Assembly: GCF_006345805.1 (NCBI RefSeq)
Contig: NC_043001.1
Coordinates: 69,006,001-69,070,000, forward strand
Source: Octopus sinensis
Taxonomy: Eukaryota
Length of the DNA stretch: 64,000 nucleotides
Direction of reading: 5' to 3'
A model generated the notes under the pieces. That model did no database searches and was not told the origin of the DNA. It was given only the letters and a program-made list of their open reading frames with translations. Positions 14,579-24,625 of this stretch are shown one piece after another; position 1 is the first letter of the stretch, and the number at the start of each line of letters is the position of its first letter. The position numbers and the translations under genes are program-made.

Positions 14579-15481
14579 AAGAAGCATTGGTTATAGAATA
14601 AAATTTGGGTCAACGATTCTATATACAGCACCACCCCTCAATCATTTAATCATATATAAAAATCAACATGGTTTTCAAGCACATAAAAATTAATTCATAT
14701 ACATAAAATCAAAGAAGGTAAAAATATATATTCGAAGAAAGTAAAAAAAAAACGGCCTATCAAAAAGTGAGATATAAACGGCTAATATTTCATAAACTAC
14801 CAAAATACCTAATTGACAAATATAAAATAGATAAAGATATGAATAAAAATAAAATAAAATAAATATCTCCCGACTAAAGACGTTTTTTCGGACGACTAAA
14901 ATATTTTTTTAAAAATTAAAAATTTTTTTTAAAACATTTGAAAAATGTCATTTACTTCCTTCACAAAAGTACGTTCAAAGTTCTTTTATTATGAACTTTT
15001 GGACGTACTTGTGCGGAGAGAATAAAAAAATTTTTTTCAAGATGTATGTGCATGTGTCCTGTGGAAGTTTGTTTACTTGAGAACTTTGGACGTACATGTG
15101 TGAGGGAAGTAAAAGAGTTTTTCAAATATTAAAAACAAAAAGAAATTTTTAAGATTTTAGTCGTCTGATAAAACTATTTTAGCCGGTGGATATTTATTTT
15201 ATTTTATTTTTATTCCGATCTTTATTTTATATTTGTATGTTAGGTATTTTGGTAGTTTATGAAAATTTAGTTGTTTATAATAAACTTTTTGATAGGCCGT
15301 TATATCAGTATTTTAATTGGATATATATTTTTACATTCTGTGATTTTATTTATATGTATTATGCTTTTTAGGTGCTTGAAAACCATGTTGATTTATATAT
15401 ATGATTAAATGGTTGAGGGGTGGTGTTGTATGTAATGTCGTTGACCCAAATTTAATGTTTGTTCTATAACCAATGCTTCTT
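14579..15481. mobile_element. Fold-back/MITE-like element with about 400-bp diverged inverted arms
   Basis: AAGAAGCATTGGTTATAGAA at 14579 versus TTCTATAACCAATGCTTCTT at 15462-15481; arms align as far as GTACGTTCAAAGTTC / GAACTTTGGACGTAC. Confidence 0.8.
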
Positions 15482-15610
15482 TATCTTCGAGTCATTTATA
15501 GTTGAGCACTTCATTTGCAGTCCTATAAACTATTTTGTTTCTATAAAAAGAGACAAATATTATTTCTTGTTGTATATATATATATATATATGAGTGTGTG
15601 TGTGTGTGTG

Positions 15611-15639
<29 letters not shown>

Positions 15640-15644
<5 letters not shown>

Positions 15645-15815
15645 CGTTGTCGATTTTTTTCCGTCTGTCTTCTCTTCTCTTGATATTTCCTTCTCCTATG
15701 TTTCCGACGAAGAGCTCCGCTCGAAACGTTAAACCCTCCTTCTTTCCTGAGCTTCCAATTATAGTATATTTGTTCCACAACAGTGTTGTGTTTTTTGTGC
15801 TTTCATGTTTGGATT

Positions 15816-15820
<5 letters not shown>
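15640..15820 (+). mobile_element. Non-autonomous PLE end (pLTR) with variant hammerhead-like motif
   Basis: GTTT-CCGACGA-A-GAGC-TCC-GCTC-GAAAC-GTT-AAAC at 15700-15734; related to 22946, 31055 and 46023. Confidence 0.65.
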
Positions 15821-15863
<43 letters not shown>

Positions 15864-15916
15864 AATCCAAACATGAAAGCACAAAAAACACAACAATGTT
15901 GTGGAACAAATATACT
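15763..15916. repeat. Palindrome with about 56-bp arms around a (TA)n core
   Basis: AGTATATTTGTTCCACAAC...GGATTGAC-(TA)n-GTCAATCC...GTTGTGGAACAAATATACT, one mismatch. Confidence 0.95.
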
Positions 15917-16096
15917 TAGGGGTAGCCATATTGAAATGGCAAATATACGTCACGATGTGTTACCGCTACTGTATATAACTCACTCTGATATTTATCATTG
16001 TTTGATTTCACTTTTTCAATATCAGCGACAGTGGACGCTGGAAAAAGTATAAGTATTTGTGAAGGAAATCTAATTCTCGCCGACAACTGTGATTGT

Positions 16097-16141
16097 CACA
16101 AGCTGATGAGAGGTCAATACCTCGAAACTCGAGTCCGTGTG
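16097..16141 (+). ncRNA. Type I hammerhead ribozyme, copy 1 (one stem I mismatch)
   Basis: CACAAG-CTGATGA-GAGG-TCAATA-CCTC-GAAAC-TCGA-GTC^CGTGTG; predicted cleavage after 16135. Confidence 0.85.
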
Positions 16142-16444
16142 TGTCATAAGTTGAAGACGGGAAGGATGACTTCCCTTTGCAAATACTGACAGGACACAGA
16201 AAGTGTGTCTATGGCCAGCTGGAGGAGTGTGTCCTCCTGGGGCTAAAAACTACAGTAGCATCCACCCTTAGGGGTAGCCATATTGAAATGGCAAATATAC
16301 GTCACGATGTGTTACCGCTACTGTATATAACTCACTCTGATATTTATCATTGATTTCACTTTTTCAATATCAGCGACAGTTGACGCTGGAAAAAGTATAA
16401 GTATTTGTGAAGGAAATCTAATTCTCGCCGACAACTGTGATTGT

Positions 16445-16489
16445 CACACGCTGATGAGAGGTCAATACCTCGAAACTCGAGTCCGTGTG
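16445..16489 (+). ncRNA. Type I hammerhead ribozyme, copy 2 (intact)
   Basis: CACACG-CTGATGA-GAGG-TCAATA-CCTC-GAAAC-TCGA-GTC^CGTGTG; 6-bp stem I, 4-5-bp stem II, palindromic ACTCGAGT stem III; cleavage after 16483. Confidence 0.93.
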
Positions 16490-16796
16490 TATCATAAGTT
16501 GAAGACGGGAAGGATGACTTCCCTTTGCAAATACTGACAGAACACACAAAGTGTGTCTATGGCCAGCTGGAGGAGTGTGTCCTCCTGGGGCTAAAAACTA
16601 CAGTAGCATCCACCCTTAGGGGTAGCCATATTGAAATGGCAAATATACGTCACGATGTGTTACCGCTACTGTATATAACTCACTCTGATATTTATCATTG
16701 TTTGATTTCACTTTTTCAATATCAGCGACAGTTGACGCTGGAAAAAGTATAAGTATTTGTGAAGGAAATCTAATTCTCGCCGACAACTGTGATTGT

Positions 16797-16841
16797 CACA
16801 CGCTGATGAGAGGTCAATACCTCGAAACTCGAGTCCGTGTG
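16797..16841 (+). ncRNA. Type I hammerhead ribozyme, copy 3 (intact)
   Basis: Identical to copy 2; cleavage after 16835. Confidence 0.93.
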
Positions 16842-17161
16842 TATCATAAGTTGAAGACGGGAAGGATGACTTCCCTTTGCAAATACTGACAGGACACAGA
16901 AAGTGTGTCTATGGCCAGCTGGAGGAGTGTGTCCTCCTGTGGCTAAAAACTACAGTAGCATCCACCCTTAGGGGTAGCCATATTGAAATGGCAAATATAC
17001 GTCACGATGTGTTACCGCTACTGTATATAACTCACTCTGATATTTATTATATATATATATATATAAAAGAAGAAAATGGAGACAAGGAAGTTAACAATTG
17101 TTTGTTATTTTCGATTCTTACAGCTATTTCAATTAAATTCTTGAGTATTAACTGACACTTC

Positions 17162-17318
17162 TTTATCGCCATTTTCTTTTATATATAATCTCACTGACGG
17201 TTTCAGTATTATATTTAGCAAGCTTAACATTCAAAATTTTATCGCCATTTTCTTATATATATAATCTCACTGACGGTTTCAGTATTATATTTAGCAAGCT
17301 TAACATTCAAAATTTTAT
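17162..17318. repeat. 76-bp tandem duplication
   Basis: TTTATCGCCATTTTC...CATTCAAAATT starts at 17162 and again at 17238. Confidence 0.9.
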
Positions 17319-17852
17319 TTTTTGTCAGTCTAATATTTTGTTAAAAATATTCTTGTCTTTCGATTCTTCGATTCTTGCTATATTAAGCATCTGCTTAAAA
17401 GGAAATTTCCTCTTGTAAATCTTACTCACAAGCACATGTGTTTATAATGCCAACGTATCTGGGTTTGCCTAACCTTTTCTGTGTCAAATATTCACTATAT
17501 CGTGTGTTGATGTGCTGATCGTAGTTATCATATTTGTTGTGTGACTTTATGAGGTGTACGTTCTGCTTAATAGTTTACAATAGCATTGTCTATATTTGTG
17601 AATTATGTCACCTATAATTAATAGTACTTTATAGTTTTAGTAGTCTTTACAATTTGATGCTTGTGCTTGTGTTTGTGTGTGTAGTCTGTGTATTTCTTTG
17701 TAGAGTTTGTTTTAAATGTTTATAGTTTTGTCTAACATTTCATTGATTTACGTATTTATCGATATGAATATTATGAATATTACGAATATATGAAAATATA
17801 CATGCCTATATGAATGTATGTATCTGTGTATGTATGTATAAATATATATGCT

Positions 17853-17909
<57 letters not shown>

Positions 17910-18096
17910 ACATATATAAGTATATATATATATATACATATATATGTATACATACATATATATATGTATGCATATATAAATATATATATATGTATATATA
18001 AACATATATAAATATGGCATACACATATACTCTCTCCCTCCACTCTCACACCCACCCACACGTATATAACACATTATATGTAAGTATATATGCACG

Positions 18097-18156
<60 letters not shown>

Positions 18157-18566
18157 TATGCGTGTATGTGTGTCTGCGTGTGCTTGTGAGCCCTCCACAA
18201 ATTCCGTTAATGTAATTCCTTCTTAAAACATTATTTAATTCGGTATTTACTAGAAATTATTTCGAAATAACTTGAGTACGGAGAGGCCTTAGTTCAGGTT
18301 GTTATTCATGTAGTTTCTTAGATCTTAACATCATTACCCTAGTTCTGTAGCTACACTACAATATCTTAGCAATTGGCTTCTGCACTTCCCAAAATAAATC
18401 TGAAGGAAGTGGGGTGAACGTATGAGCAAAGACCCACCTGAAATCCATCATATAACAAATTCGTATTGTTATCATCCCTGGAATGCGGATTATAGTTACA
18501 AAAAGTATGTTAGTTTTAGAAACGCACTTAGCGGTACATTAAAACAATCATAAATTCCATTTTTGG

Positions 18567-18621
<55 letters not shown>

Positions 18622-18622
<1 letters not shown>

Positions 18623-18973
18623 GCTTTTACTTGTTTCAATCATTTGACTGCGGCGATACTGCAGCCCTGCCTTTAGTCGAACAAATCGAGCTCAGGACCT
18701 ATTGTTTGTAAGAATGGTACTTATTCTATCGGTCTCTTTTGCCGAACCGCTGCGTTACGGGGCCGTAAATACACCAACATCGGTTGTCAAACGTAGGTGG
18801 TGGACCAAACTCAGACACAAATATATATATACCCGACGGGCTTCCTTCAGTTTCCTTTTGCCAAATCCACTTACAAGGCTTTGGTCGGCCCCAGGCTACA
18901 CTAGAAGACATTTGCTCAACGTTCTACGCTGTGAACTGAACCCGAAACCATGTGGTTGGGAAGCAATCTACTT
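18622..18973 (-). mobile_element. SINE family A, older diverged copy
   Basis: Aligns to 343-727; adjacent to (TTA)n at 18568-18621. Confidence 0.85.
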
Positions 18974-19009
18974 TATTTCATGAAGTTGGTCATGTAGGCC
19001 TTACATAGA

Positions 19010-20585
19010 GGGGACAGCACAAGGTGGGGACAAAAAACAAAAGGAATCGAAAGAATGAATTAATATAATGAAAGATGAAATGAAACTGTTCGGCCCTCAC
19101 CTCCAAGCAACTTCATTGAACATGTTAATACAACAGTTTTTAAACACTAGTTTCTAACATAAATTTTAGCGACAGCTAATCATCATTGCTCTGAAGGATA
19201 GTTGCATTGTGTGTCTTTAAAATATCATAAGCACTTTCTTTTTTAGGTACTGAGCTGGTGTCCAGTTTCTTGACCCAGCACTCATAGTCACTTTTTTCCT
19301 CAAAGTCCTTTAATCTTGCCATTACACAATGAAGGTACACGGGCATCCCTTTTACTCTTGATACATCCACGAGTCTATTTCGTTATACATTTCTTCATTT
19401 TCACCACTGTACACTATAACACATTTTTCCAAGGGTGGGGGTGGGGGAATTGGAGGCTCCCGTGTGTTTATGCATGTGTTTATGTCAGGCATGGTATAGA
19501 AAGGGCTGATGTCTGCAGGGAATGTTTAGGGTCGAATGGGAGCTGGTTGGGACCTGGATGGGGTCCTCCTTTACAGCGTGTGCCTTTTTTCCCTCCTCTT
19601 TTTCCTTGCCGTTTCCCATTCATTGTCCATCTTTTCTTCGACGCTGGTACTGATCTTTATTTGTGGTACTGCTTCACACTCCTTTTCTTCAACCTCCACG
19701 AACACTGGAGCACCAACCACATTCTCATACTCTTGTCTCTCTTTAGTCTTCTCAAGTGGTAGAGGACAATTCGCTCTAATGTGGTATTTTATGCCACATT
19801 TATAGCACCGCGGAATCCTACTTTCCACTCTGACTTTCAAGGTTGCCTCTCCGACTGTGATGATCTCGACCATCACAGTCTTCTTCGGCAACTTGCACCA
19901 CCATATCAAGGCTTTGTCCTTGCCGGTTCCTGTGGGGTGTTCTGGTGGCCTGGATGCCCACCACCTTCTCCTCCATGCCTAGCAGTATGCCAGCTAGCAG
20001 CCAAGATACATTTACTTCAGGGGGTATTCCCACTATCCTAACCTGGATGCGCGTCTCCCAAGCCATACGGATAGCACAAACCACTTAATCAGGTCTCAAT
20101 GGTGTTACTGAATAAAGCCTGGCGATTGCTACCTCCCGAAATCACACTAAATTTTCTATCTCTGGCGAGGTTTGAGCGCCTTTTCCACTTGAGACGTTGA
20201 CATAACTTCAATCCTCCTGGCTGCTATCGAGTATGCTCTATAAATTATAGATTTCTAATATTTCTCCTTTAACACTTCTTTGGAGGGGAACACTTTCACG
20301 TCGTTCCCCTTCCTTTTAAGTATTTCCTTTAACTTGCTCAGCTCTTCCAGTTTTATTTTTTCAATTTTTTCTTCTCCCGTCGTCGCTGCATAATTTTTCT
20401 TGTCCATCCTTGCCCATCTTGTTCAAGTACTCAGCCAATTCATTTATACAGGCGAATCACATTCTAGGGAAGAACACCTCAACTTTTCCCAAATTCTCGT
20501 TCGACGCTCCTCCATCAGAAGAGGAAAAATGTCGCATAGATAAAAAAGAAACACGTCAGTCTCCCTCAAAACCAACAACCTAAAT
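19010..20585 (-). mobile_element. L1/Tx1-like retroelement ORF1 (gag-like) with no visible ORF2
   Basis: CCHC knuckle PRCYKCGIKYHIRANCP at 19766-19807; RRM-like VRIVGIPPEV; basic C-terminal stretch; frameshifts. Confidence 0.7.
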
Positions 20586-20654
20586 GAAACCTGGGTAACC
20601 AGAAGCAAGTTTCTTACTACGCAGCCACGCATGTAACATGTATTCTGACTCTTT

Positions 20655-20845
20655 TTTTCTTTTACTAGTTTCAGTCATTTCACCGGTGCCATACTGGAGC
20701 AACGCGTTTTAGTCGAAGAAATGGATCCAGAACTTATTCTATCGGTCACTACTCCCCAGCCACTAAGTTATTGGGATATAAACACACCAGAATCGGCTGC
20801 CGAGCAATGGTGGGAGGACAAATACAGACACAAAGACACATACAC
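20655..20845 (-). mobile_element. SINE family A, 3' half (diverged)
   Basis: Reverse-complement match to the tail AAATGACTGAAACTAGTAAAAG. Confidence 0.75.
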
Positions 20846-20853
20846 ATACATAA

Positions 20854-20929
<76 letters not shown>

Positions 20930-20931
<2 letters not shown>

Positions 20932-21646
20932 AAAATGATATGTGACAATTGTTCGGTAGCCAAGATAAAACTCTGAGTTTCATATGCCGAGGTGGAAATC
21001 CACAACACCATCTGTTCGGTTATAAATAAAGAAGAGGAAAAATAGAAATAAGAAGATCATCTTGTTCACACCTCCCTACTCATCCGAGGTGACCTTCAAT
21101 ATAGGTAAATATTTCTTAGCACTGATAGATAGACATTTTCCAGTTAACCGTATTTACAGGTAGCTCTTCAATAAACACAATTTAAAAATTAGTTTTAGTT
21201 CAACTACCAATTTTAAAAATATAATCGCACATAACACACAAAAACCACAACACAAAAACAGCTGTTCATGCAGGAATAAAACATTGTGCCCGCTATATGG
21301 ACCTTGCATGTCCGGGACCATCATCTATGAAGCTACCGTGGACTCTATACCTACTAAAGACACCGTTTCGACGAAGAAATACGTGGGCCTTACAGAGGGT
21401 AATTTCAAGGCCAGGTTCAATAACCACACCTTGAGTTTTAGGCACTGGGAAAATTATAATTATTTAAAGGCGTTTTGCAGATGGCCAGATAACCGAAGAG
21501 ATGGTGCTGTGGATTTCCACCTCGGCATCTGAAACTCAGTTTTATCTTGGCTACCGAATAATTGTCACATATCATTTTACAGAGAATTTCCTCTATTTAC
21601 ATAATATTGAGGTCTCTTTCTTTCTTTTGTTATCTTACCGTTTTTA

Positions 21647-21650
<4 letters not shown>
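20930..21650 (+). mobile_element. 5'-truncated Naiad-like PLE fragment with upstream inverted pLTR
   Basis: 21071-21450 encodes IGKYFL.LID.HFP...LFNKHNLKISFS...CSCRNKTLCPL.GPC...IIYEATV...YVGLTEGNFKARFNNH; 20930-21022 is the reverse complement of 21489-21578. Confidence 0.8.
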
Positions 21651-21696
<46 letters not shown>

Positions 21697-22520
21697 AATG
21701 GAGTCGCTTGAAACGATTGTAATGCATCATCTCTGGATACCCTATTACTTATAGGGTATCCAGAGATGATGCAGAGCAATCCTCAGCTGCATAAATACAT
21801 AGAATTCAATTAATTTTACGTAAAACCTCCAAAAACAAGGAGAATGAGAAAGATCATGCTGTCTTCACTTAGAAGCTACTAAGGTATCAGAAAGAAATAC
21901 TTGTTAGAGATCTACCTTTTTTAGGGTCAGTTTTAATTTATAGTCTTGTTTATCAAATCTTTGTATATCAAAAATCTAAGGCCAAGGAACAAAGAGCAGT
22001 GTCTGTTAGGAAAGGGGCTGAGGGAGTCGACAGAAGTCATAGTGGGTGCAGTCATAAAACCATCAGGATTATTTTGAAGCAATATGAGATTTGGTAAAGG
22101 TAATCTTAAGTCAAGAAGTTAGTTGTCAATTAAATGGGCAAGACTCTAGTAAATCAATGATGATAATACAGGTTAAATTTTGTCATGGGGTACTATAGTT
22201 GAATATTTTAAACAATATTGCTATATTGTATAAAGTTAAAATTTAGGGTTATCAAGAAGATTATTAAGAAGAATATTTCTTCCTAATACCTTTGTATCTT
22301 CTAAGCTGAAGTGAAGACAGCATATTCTTTGTCTATCTCCTTACCTGTTTGGAAGTTTTAGGTAAAATTATAGTAATGTGTCCATCTATGTATTTATGCA
22401 GCTGAGGATTGCTCTGCATTTAAATTGATGTAATGTTTGCATTGTTCAATTAAATGGAATCGCTTGAAACGACCGTAATGCATTACCTCTGGATATCCTG
22501 TGGCTTATTTTGATTTTAAT
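21697..22520. repeat. Rearranged pLTR-like structure: perfect 23-bp hairpin plus 35-bp inverted repeat plus direct repeat
   Basis: Hairpin 21723-21773; inverted pair 21769-21803 / 22385-22419; ATGGARTCGCTTGAAACGA repeated at 21698 and 22454. Confidence 0.8.
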
Positions 22521-22779
22521 CACTTTATTTTGAAACTGGATGGATAATACCATACTAAATTCTGGTGTTTTAACTTAAGTACCTAATTGATATGAATCTA
22601 AATTTTTGTATATATATATAACACCATCACACCACACCACACTAAACCATACCACACAACACACCACCACACACACGCCAGCATTGACCAATTCCCATCC
22701 CCACCTTTTCACAACTACACATACACACACACACACGTCAAGATCACCAGCCCTCTTTCACACGCACATACGTACTCTC

Positions 22780-23075
22780 TTACACACACGCGCACCTACG
22801 TTTTGGGATCACTACTACTTTGTTATCACCCCTACTTCTTAGCTCTCCTGTGTGGCCCTTCTCTCCGGCATTCGCCATGATTGATCGGTTGCTACTACAC
22901 ACATTTTTTCTCTCTGCGTTTCTCTCCTTGTTTCTTTCTGTGTTCCTTTCCGTTGAAGAGCGTAGGCGCGAAACGTTAAAGCCGTTTCCAATTCCTGAGC
23001 GTAATACTAATACGTCTGTTTGTTTTCTACACCACCTGCCTACGTCTTTTGTTTTTTCGTGAATTCTCCTTATAT
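22780..23075 (+). mobile_element. Non-autonomous PLE 3' end with variant HHR-like motif
   Basis: CTTT-CCGTTGA-A-GAGC-GTAG-GCGC-GAAAC-GTT-AAAG at 22946-22981; homologous to 30960-31150 and 45925-46130. Confidence 0.7.
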
Positions 23076-24052
23076 ATATATATAATGTGCAATCGATACA
23101 TTTATAGAATCCTGTGGTAGCCACATAATAATCCAAAACGGAGGTATATAACGTAGAGCCATATGCAGGTAAAATCCTGTAGATCCAATCTGTGAAATTA
23201 TTTCAAAGGAATATATAGAACGTAAAATTGTCAGAAGGTATTAAGAATGAATACATATCTTGATATCCATAGGATAACGGCCGTTTCGTAGTCTTCATCA
23301 TGTAATAATAATTGTTCTTTTATTTCAGTGTATAATAAATTATATTACATGTTTACACTAAGGTGCACTCTATAAATTGCGTAGTACATCAATAGAGATA
23401 TAGAGGCCTAGCTCATAAGATCAACAGAATATCCTGGTTAGATCAATTTTTCAACTCTGTTATATTAATGTAAAATCATCTACATATATAGAATATATCT
23501 ACGACCTATAACTGATAAAACTTTTAATACAGGGAGGAGGAAAGTAGATGTAGGGAGATATTAGAAAGGAAATGGTGAGTTGTGGTGATACAGGTGAAGG
23601 CGACAGCGAGTATAAAAGGTAGAGGAGCCAGTAAACTGGCGTTAATGAGCTAGAGACAATAATAATTATTGAAATAGTCACCTCTTTAATGACCGCACCA
23701 ATCTATGTCTACATCTTCAGCACTATACAGTTTTTTTGCATATACCTTAAAAGTTTCGCACTTTATTAATATAGAAGAATCCCTAATTTTGCTGCTTTAA
23801 TCATACTGGCAGATTCAATCTAGCAGAAGTGATTGCATCATCGCATTTATAAATCTACACATCTCTCTCTCCCCCCTCTCTCTCTCTCTCTCTCTCTCTC
23901 GATATATATATATATATATACCTATATTAAACGGTTGTAGTGTTAAATTGTCTGTATGTACACATACTTTATTGTGCATATGCATGTAACTATGAGTATA
24001 TGTGTTTGTGTATCTATAGGCCCTTTTCCTGTTATGCATGTTTATATGTACG

Positions 24053-24128
<76 letters not shown>

Positions 24129-24625
24129 TAGATATACATCTATATATGTATATGTGTGTGTGTCGAATATTGATAACATGTACGTATTTAAGGCATTCGA
24201 ATATTAAATAACTGGCTTTGCGATAATTTCGAATATATGACTCATATTAATAAGACGTTGGCCTAGCCTTACTTGGATAAACGCGTTGTAATGCAATACA
24301 CGGATGGGATTGTAATTGTGAACCTGGACGACACTGAGTCGTAAACATGCGATAAAATGTAAATGTATTACATCGAATCATACTACTGAATGCAGAGATA
24401 TATACTCACATGTATGTATGTATGTATGTATGTATGTATGTATGTATGTATTTGTGTGTGTATGTATGTATGTATGCATGTATGTGTGTGTGTGTATGTA
24501 CGTATGTATGTATATATGTTAAAGGCATGAAATTGCTTAGAACCTTTGACCGATAACTAATGAGGATTTGGCGACCTTCTGTGACTGCTTTCTTTTTGTT
24601 GTTGCTTATGTATTATATATATAAG

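Larger units (their letters stand above)
15915..17047 (+). mobile_element. Tandem hammerhead-ribozyme repeat (non-LTR retrozyme-like), about 3.2 x 352 bp
   Basis: Unit starts at 15915, 16267, 16615 and 16967 (periods 352/348/352), about 99% identical by eye; one HHR per unit; ends in (TA)n. Confidence 0.92.

Noticed and set aside
15916-15921. TTAGGG at the array start suggesting telomere targeting
   Set aside because: A single hexamer inside the repeat unit; expected by chance.
16558-16600. GGCCAGC...CCTCCT resembling an HDV-like ribozyme
   Set aside because: The P1 3' strand and the nested pseudoknot cannot be built; it folds as a simple imperfect hairpin.
16636-16752. 38-aa ORF (MANIRHDV...) with good Kozak context in each retrozyme unit
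   Set aside because: Frameshifted by the 4-bp deletion in unit 2, overlaps structured RNA, and has no recognisable homology.
15915-17047. CRISPR-like or satellite interpretation of the tandem array
   Set aside because: There are no unique spacers and the units are 352 bp; the HHR in each unit explains it better.
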